Source of the DNA: Candidatus Campbellbacteria bacterium
GTDB taxonomy: Bacteria; Patescibacteriota; Minisyncoccia; Phycocordibacterales; CSBR16-193
Reading direction: 5' to 3'
Assembly (NCBI GenBank): GCA_007125155.1
Contig: SLDR01000028.1
Span: 1 to 57,120 of the forward strand
DNA: 57,120 nt
Shown: in pieces, positions 51,706 to 57,120 of the stretch
Position numbering within the stretch: position 1 is the first letter of the stretch
How the letters are laid out: each line of letters starts with the position of its first letter
Notes under the pieces: generated by a model
What the model was told of the DNA's origin: nothing
What the model saw: the letters and a program-made list of their open reading frames with translations, nothing else
The model's database searches: none
Program-made: the position numbers and the translations under genes

Positions 51706-52929
51706 CTACTTCAAATACGAATCCGGCCTGGCTCTCAAGAGATAATTGGTTATCAGGGGACTGATAAGGGTCGTGGTTATGCTGAGAATTATTATTGCAG
51801 TGGTCAACTCCGGCGATAAAAGTTCGAGACGCTGACCCACCAAAACAACCGCCAGCGTGGTAATAAGCTGGGGCACGCTGGTTACACCGACCAAAACGCT
51901 CTTGTAATTACTAAGGCCCAACCATCTTGAAGAAAGCCAACCCGAGAGGAACTTGGACAAAGAAGATCCCAAAAGAACCACAAGGACCAATGGCCAGATC
52001 GTCGAAGCCTCTTCAACCAATAACCCTATATCTGTCCACCCTCCTATGGTCACAAAGAAAATGGGAATAAAAACCCCGTATCCGAGTACGTGTATCTTGC
52101 TTTCCAATATCTTGCTTCTGGTTATCTCGGCCAAGATGAGACCGGCAAAAAAAGCTCCCACTATGGTCTCCAATTTAAAGAACTCAAAAAGTATGGAGGT
52201 ACCGATAAGAATGGCCACCACTAAGGTCAACTCCTGTTCAAATAAAGAATGAGTGCCGGGCTTTCTGTTACGAAGTCCGGCCAACCACTGTCTAAAAGGT
52301 GTTATGTATTTTCGCGCCAACATTCCCATTGCAAGCGCGAAGAACATGAATATCATGAGAACCGGTAAAGATACGGTCGTATCGGGTGATATGAACTGCA
52401 AGAACATACCCAAAAGAATAAGACTGGCTATATCCTGGATCATGGTGGAAGCAATGATTATTCTTCCGAGCTTGAAATGAAGAACACCCCTTGCTTCCAG
52501 TGTCGGGATAACCACGGCGAAGGAAGAACTTGTGAATATTATTCCCAAAAGTAAAGAAGTGGCCAGTCCGAATCCAAAGGAAAGACCTATGATGATCCCG
52601 ACCATCGCGGGAACAAAGCCGGATATGGCTCCGATAACAGTGGCCTCTTTCCAAACGGACTTTATCGAAGATATCTTGGTTTCCATCCCGGCAATGAACA
52701 TAAGGAATATTATCCCAACTTCAGCCAGGAACATGACTATCTCATTGAGCTCGAAAAGGCCGATGCCTTTGGGCCCCATTACTATCCCTCCCAATATCAA
52801 GGCGATAGCCCACGGTACTTTAAACCTTCGGAATAAGGCCGAAAACACCAGAGCGGTCACCAGGGCGATGAAAAAAGCCACCAGAGAAGTAAATATCACG
52901 TCGGGATCTCGAATTATGGAAGGGTCCAT
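51706..52929 (-). CDS. Cation:proton antiporter (CPA2)
   Basis: About 12 TMs; GIIFLMFIAGME, IQD, GAFFAG, FIPIFFV. Confidence 0.9.
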   Translation of the reverse strand: MDPSIIRDPDVIFTSLVAFFIALVTALVFSALFRRFKVPWAIALILGGIVMGPKGIGLFELNEIVMFLAEVGIIFLMFIAGMETKISSIKSVWKEATVIGAISGFVPAMVGIIIGLSFGFGLATSLLLGIIFTSSSFAVVIPTLEARGVLHFKLGRIIIASTMIQDIASLILLGMFLQFISPDTTVSLPVLMIFMFFALAMGMLARKYITPFRQWLAGLRNRKPGTHSLFEQELTLVVAILIGTSILFEFFKLETIVGAFFAGLILAEITRSKILESKIHVLGYGVFIPIFFVTIGGWTDIGLLVEEASTIWPLVLVVLLGSSLSKFLSGWLSSRWLGLSNYKSVLVGVTSVPQLITTLAVVLVGQRLELLSPELTTAIIILSITTTLISPLITNYLLRARPDSYLK

Positions 52930-53055
52930 GGTCTTATCTTCTCAAGATTAAATTAGAAATCGAAAACACAAATTCTGCCGTTTATTCAGGATGAAAGATG
53001 TCCCAAGAACATCCAATATGTAAATTATAACACAACAAGAAGTCCATCACAGGTA

Positions 53056-54492
53056 TCATATGTTCTCGACGAAAAGCATGTTTGTCTTCGCGTCCGGATG
53101 ATCGAACGGAACTCCGGCTGCAACGACAACACTGTCACCTTCCTTGGCAAGACCCTTATTTATCACATATTCTCTTACAAGCTCAAATGCCTCTCCGACA
53201 TCTTCCGGTGCTTCAATATGAACCGGAACACAACCAAAACTTAAGACCAACTTGTAATAAACATTTTTGTCGGTGGCCATTGCGATGATCAGCGGTTTAG
53301 GTTTATGTCTGGAAAGCATTCTTCCGGTAAAACCGGAATCGGTCAAAGCCACTATAAGTCCGGCCTCCAGATCACTTGAAACACGGACAGCGGCTGAGGT
53401 TACGGAGTTTACGGTACACATGGAAGGGGTCTTTTGTTTAGAGAGTCTTTTTACATCGAAATGCCCTTTTTTCAAACTCTTCTCTGTTTGTAAAGCGATC
53501 GTCGACATTACCTTCAATGACACCAAAGGATTTTTACCCATGGATGTTTCCGCCGAAAGCATCACTGCATCAGTTCCATCAAGTATGGCATTGGCTACAT
53601 CAGAAACCTCCGCACGAGTTGGAACAAGGGATTCGATCATCGACTCCAACATCTGGGTAGCGGTTATGACGGGCTTCCCGAGAATATTGCAAGCTTTTAT
53701 TATCTCTTTTTGGGCCATAGGGACATTTTCGGGAGAGATCTCGACAGCCAGATCTCCACGGGCGACCATTATGCCGTCTGAACTTTGCAATATGGAATCA
53801 AAGTTCTCGAGTCCTTTTTTGGTTTCAATTTTCGCAATTATATCAGGTCTTGTACCTTCCATATTCTCATTAATGATCTCCCGTAAGGCCTCAATTTCTT
53901 CAGCCGATTTGACAAAAGAAAGGGCCACGAAGTCAACACCCGCTTCCAGCCCCATCTTCACATCTTGGATGTCTTTTTCCGACAACAAAGGCAATGAAAG
54001 AGACCTTTCCGGGACCGTTAAGCCCCGATTTCCCCTTATAACAGAACCTCTCAAAACACGACAGTATATCTCAACCTCACTCGTTCCGAGAACCTCAAGT
54101 TCCACCCTTCCGTCATCTAAAACTATCTTGTCCCCTTCCTCGACTTCTGAAGGAAGATCATGATGGTCGACATAAACCATTTCGCTATTACCCTCAATAT
54201 TGATATCCGTCGAAAGTGTAAAGTTGTTTCCGGCGATCAAAGCGACCTCTTGGGTATTAAAGTCACCCGTTCGGATCTTGGAACCCGAAAGGTCCTGCAT
54301 GACGGCAACAGGCAGATCCCGATCTTGACGGATCCTTTTGATCGCCTCGATCATCTGTCTGTGTTCTCGATGGTCACCGTGGGAAAAATTAAGTCGAAAA
54401 ACATTGACTCCGACATCGATCATTTTTTCTAACATGTCGTCCTCCAGCACCCTCGGGCTTATCGTGGCCACTATTTTGGTCTTTCTTTTCAT
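53056..54492 (-). CDS. pyk: Pyruvate kinase
   Basis: TKIVATI, RLNFSHG, IIAKIE, MVARGDL, TATQMLESM, DGTDAVMLS. Confidence 0.98.
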   Translation of the reverse strand: MKRKTKIVATISPRVLEDDMLEKMIDVGVNVFRLNFSHGDHREHRQMIEAIKRIRQDRDLPVAVMQDLSGSKIRTGDFNTQEVALIAGNNFTLSTDINIEGNSEMVYVDHHDLPSEVEEGDKIVLDDGRVELEVLGTSEVEIYCRVLRGSVIRGNRGLTVPERSLSLPLLSEKDIQDVKMGLEAGVDFVALSFVKSAEEIEALREIINENMEGTRPDIIAKIETKKGLENFDSILQSSDGIMVARGDLAVEISPENVPMAQKEIIKACNILGKPVITATQMLESMIESLVPTRAEVSDVANAILDGTDAVMLSAETSMGKNPLVSLKVMSTIALQTEKSLKKGHFDVKRLSKQKTPSMCTVNSVTSAAVRVSSDLEAGLIVALTDSGFTGRMLSRHKPKPLIIAMATDKNVYYKLVLSFGCVPVHIEAPEDVGEAFELVREYVINKGLAKEGDSVVVAAGVPFDHPDAKTNMLFVENI

Positions 54493-54538
54493 CTATTTTA
54501 AGAATTAATTCAGATCAAATAAAAGCTAAAGCTCAACA

Positions 54539-54985
54539 TTAATATAATGACTTCTTGTCTTTACTGTAGTATTCCGATGCGGCCTGACCTGTCATTACAT
54601 AAAGGCCGTTAACAACCCCCAAAATGAAAAACAGAAAGGCCAAAACGACATAGGCGGGCCCAAGATAAAACCAAACCGAACTGTAACCTATCAAAAGAAC
54701 GGACACCGAAAGTGCCCAGACCTTCGGTTTTAAACGAGTACTCCAAATTGGATAAATACTTATGAAAGTCACCAAGGCGCACAACAGACTATACAAGGCC
54801 ATAAAGATTATCCCGAAGGAAACCGTGTGATAATCAACCAAGATCAAAAGTGATAAAAGGCCGAAGACGAGCAAAAAATGAACGGCAAGGATCGCATAAA
54901 CCAGTATCAAGATCCGCAAACCGCCGGGAATTGATGAATCATAGATGAAGTGACGAAACTGTTTCTGTCTTTTTTCGAGGCTCAT
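54539..54985 (-). CDS. Hypothetical four-TM membrane protein
   Basis: 148-aa hydrophobic ORF filling the gap, co-oriented with pyk. Confidence 0.7.
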   Translation of the reverse strand: MSLEKRQKQFRHFIYDSSIPGGLRILILVYAILAVHFLLVFGLLSLLILVDYHTVSFGIIFMALYSLLCALVTFISIYPIWSTRLKPKVWALSVSVLLIGYSSVWFYLGPAYVVLAFLFFILGVVNGLYVMTGQAASEYYSKDKKSLY

Positions 54986-55179
54986 TTTAAAACGATCAAG
55001 TCAAATAAAATATATTGAACGTTCCTTTATTTTATCAATTTATATCAGGTTTTCAAAACAAGTGAGCAACAACCCAAAAAAAACAACACGGGTATTTATA
55101 TCTTCTTCCATCTTAAGAACGAGACTCGGAAGCATTCTCCGCTCTAACATTGGTTTGAGCGCGTGAAGAAGGTATTGTG

Positions 55180-55253
55180 TGCGCGTGCCAGGATTTGAAC
55201 CTGGGACCTCGTCATTATCAGTGACGCGCTCTAACCAACTGAGCTACACGCGC
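55180..55253 (-). tRNA. tRNA-Ile(GAT), CCA not encoded
   Basis: GCGCGTGTAGCTCAGTTGGTTAGAGCG CGTCA-CTGATAA-TGACG ... GGTTCAAATCC. Confidence 0.97.
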
Positions 55254-55333
55254 ATATTAAGCAAATACAAGGTTTAGATTAACAAAAAAGAAATAATAAA
55301 ACAAGAAATTAGATGGACATTCTATAGAAAAAT

Positions 55334-55364
55334 AAAAGACCCCCGCCAACGGCGGGGGTCTTTT
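55334..55364 (-). terminator. Terminator downstream of 16S rRNA
   Basis: AAAAGACCCCCGCC/GGCGGGGGTCTTTT stem with a T-rich tail on the minus strand. Confidence 0.8.
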
Positions 55365-55688
55365 CAAAACCGCTTTTTATTTTGTTTCGTTCCCTATGCC
55401 GGTAAATTACCGGCTTTCTCTCCATTTTTACCATGAAGAGTAAGGTGGTCTCAGTTTAAAGCCCGAGACCGAGGCTTTGGCAAACACTGTTTAAATAACA
55501 ATGTTTGAACGACCTGTCACTTTATACCGACCCAGTAGGCGAACGGTATAAAGAAATCTTTCGATATATTCCACGACCAGCTTCCGCTAGCCGTGCCTTG
55601 TTACGACTTCGTCCCTGTTACTGAGCTTACCTTCGGCCCCGCTAGGCGAGGACTTCGGGTACTCCCAGCTCCCTTGACGTGACGGGCG

Positions 55689-56579
55689 ATTGTTTACCAT
55701 AAGTTTTTGGCATTGACGTTCCCACTGTACGTGCGGATTTCCCGCATACAGCGAGCTCTAGTGCATTTGTTGCTTTATCTTATAAATTTTTTGCATTCCT
55801 TTAACAGTCAAGTGTTCTTTCCTTCCAATTATATGAATCAATTTACAGAAAAGCTCAAAATCTTTTTGTTTAGAAGCAAGTTTTGGTTTGTTCTTTTTAA
55901 AGAACGGAATGATCTTTTCAACTAAATCAATCCTATTAAAAACCTCATATCTGTAACAGTCTTGGTGATTTTTTCGTCTGTCTTTCTGGAAATATACTTT
56001 TCCACAATCAAAGTATCTTTGTAATTGATAAAGTATATCTTTATCTTTCTCAACAAACTTAACGTAAAACTTTGGTTCAATACGAACGCGTCTTTTTCGT
56101 TCATTTGAATCATTTAAGTTCTTAACATAAACAGTAAAACTTCCTTCACCATCCACAAGACCGACAATGTAACTTGAATCTAACATTAGTTCACACTAGA
56201 GAGAGTCCTTCCCGATCACTATTAATAAAATAAAAAATAGTGGCCGGTACTATGACTCAGCTGACTCCTGACGCTGCGTTAAACTTAATTATACCACTAA
56301 CTGCAAAAACAGATGTGGACAGCTTCAGGTCTCCCCGGGTTACGCATATCTCTTTTCCAAACATCCAATATAAGCTTTTTTGATCTTCCCTATCCTCACC
56401 ACCCAATGATAGGTCGATCTGCTTGCCGTTTTAACGGCTACATACAGGCTGTTCTTTGCTTTCAGATCCTCCGCCATCAACCTCGCGATCAATGACTATC
56501 CTTCAGCTACGCCCCATAGACGAATGGGGGAGCAGATTTTAACTGCTTAGATATATGCGCTGCCGGGCGCTTTTTCATG
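55689..56579 (-). mobile_element. Group IIC-like intron in 16S rRNA (between C1399 and C1400, E. coli numbering)
   Basis: Removing it restores TTGTACTCAC|CGCCCGTCA. Domain V is CGCTGTATGCGGGAAATCCGCACGTACAGTG (55723..55753). IIC-like ACCCGGGGAGA and AGTCAGCTGAGTCATAGTACC...GGGAAGGAC are present. EBS1 GTGAG (56395..56399) pairs with exon CTCAC. Ends in AT. Confidence 0.88.
55758..56186 (-). CDS. Single-motif LAGLIDADG homing endonuclease (intron-encoded)
   Basis: YIVGLVDGEGSF, YFDCGKV, IIPFF, K..DF..F; stop codon abuts domain V, so the ORF is in domain IV. Confidence 0.93.
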   Translation of the reverse strand: MLDSSYIVGLVDGEGSFTVYVKNLNDSNERKRRVRIEPKFYVKFVEKDKDILYQLQRYFDCGKVYFQKDRRKNHQDCYRYEVFNRIDLVEKIIPFFKKNKPKLASKQKDFELFCKLIHIIGRKEHLTVKGMQKIYKIKQQMH

Positions 56580-57120
56580 GTGAGTACAAGACTCGAGAAC
56601 GTATTCACCGCTGCGTTGATGATCAGCGATTACTAGCGATTCCAACTTCATGAGGTCGAGTTTCAGACCTCAATCCGAACTGGGGCGACTTTTCTTAGGA
56701 TTGGCTCGGGGTTTCCCCGTCGCGACCCGTTGTAGTCGCCATTGTATCACGTGTGTAGCCCAGGGCGTCAGAGGGTCATGCTGACCTGGCGTCATCCTCT
56801 CCTTCCTCCCCGCCCTCTAAACACTAAATTTGCATTAATGTTCAAAGGGCGAGGCAGTCTCGTCTGACACGTATAACAGACGATGAGGGTTGCGTTCGTT
56901 ACCCCACTTAAGGGAACAGTTCAAACCACGAACTGACGACGGCCATGCAACACCTGCCTATGTGCCCGAAGGCCCCCTCCGTTTCCGGAAGAGTTCACAT
57001 AGGTTTCAAGCCCTGGTAAGGTTCGTCGCTTACTGTCGAATTAAACCACATGATCCACCGCTTGTGCGAGTCCCCGTCTATTCCTTTGAGTTTTAAGCTT
57101 GCGCTCGTACTACCCAGGCG

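Larger units (their letters stand above)
55559..57120 (-). rRNA. rrs: 16S rRNA, 3' part (about E. coli 880 to end), split by an intron
   Basis: AAACTCAAAGGAATAGACGG, GTCGTCAG, CGCAACCC, GGTGAATACGTT, CGCCCGTCA, AAGTCGTAACAAGG. Exons are 56580..57120 and about 55559..55688; the 3' end is approximate. Confidence 0.97.

Noticed and set aside
55139..55163. tRNA-like fragment or att site (GCTCTAAC) downstream of tRNA-Ile
   Set aside because: The match is only about 9 bp, to the D-arm rather than the 3' end, and there is no integrase.
55689..56579. Group I intron, suggested by the LAGLIDADG ORF
   Set aside because: The 5' exon ends in C rather than U and the intron ends in AU rather than G; group II domain V and EBS1-IBS1 pairing are present.

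Overview
This window looks like part of a Patescibacteria (CPR) chromosome, probably Parcubacteria, using standard code 11. The lineage is inferred from 16S signatures, reduced PheS/PheT and a CPR-typical gene set. Contents from left to right: (1) a >=734-aa HTH-TM-fibre-like surface protein gene (1..2202) missed by the ORF track. (2) An atypical F1-like ATPase cluster in canonical atp order. It has no subunit a, its subunit-c-like hairpin lacks the ion-binding carboxylate and is fused to an exported domain, its b-like protein is elongated, and epsilon is detached and inverted. (3) Class II RNR, pheST, and an RNase P RNA about half made of four copies of one palindromic element. (4) gatB, obg, MYG1, an alpha-glucan cluster, secA, an H1-like protein, murB/C/D and a VirD4-like ATPase. 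(5) A glycerate to PEP to pyruvate to acetyl-CoA to acetate module. (6) tRNA-Leu, tRNA-Ile, and the 3' part of a 16S rRNA with no anti-Shine-Dalgarno and no adjacent 23S. The 16S is interrupted by a group IIC-like intron that encodes a LAGLIDADG endonuclease and has a non-canonical 5' end. The best candidate for an undescribed system is the ion-uncoupled F1-like motor linked to surface domains. All calls come from motif recognition by eye; no searches were run.
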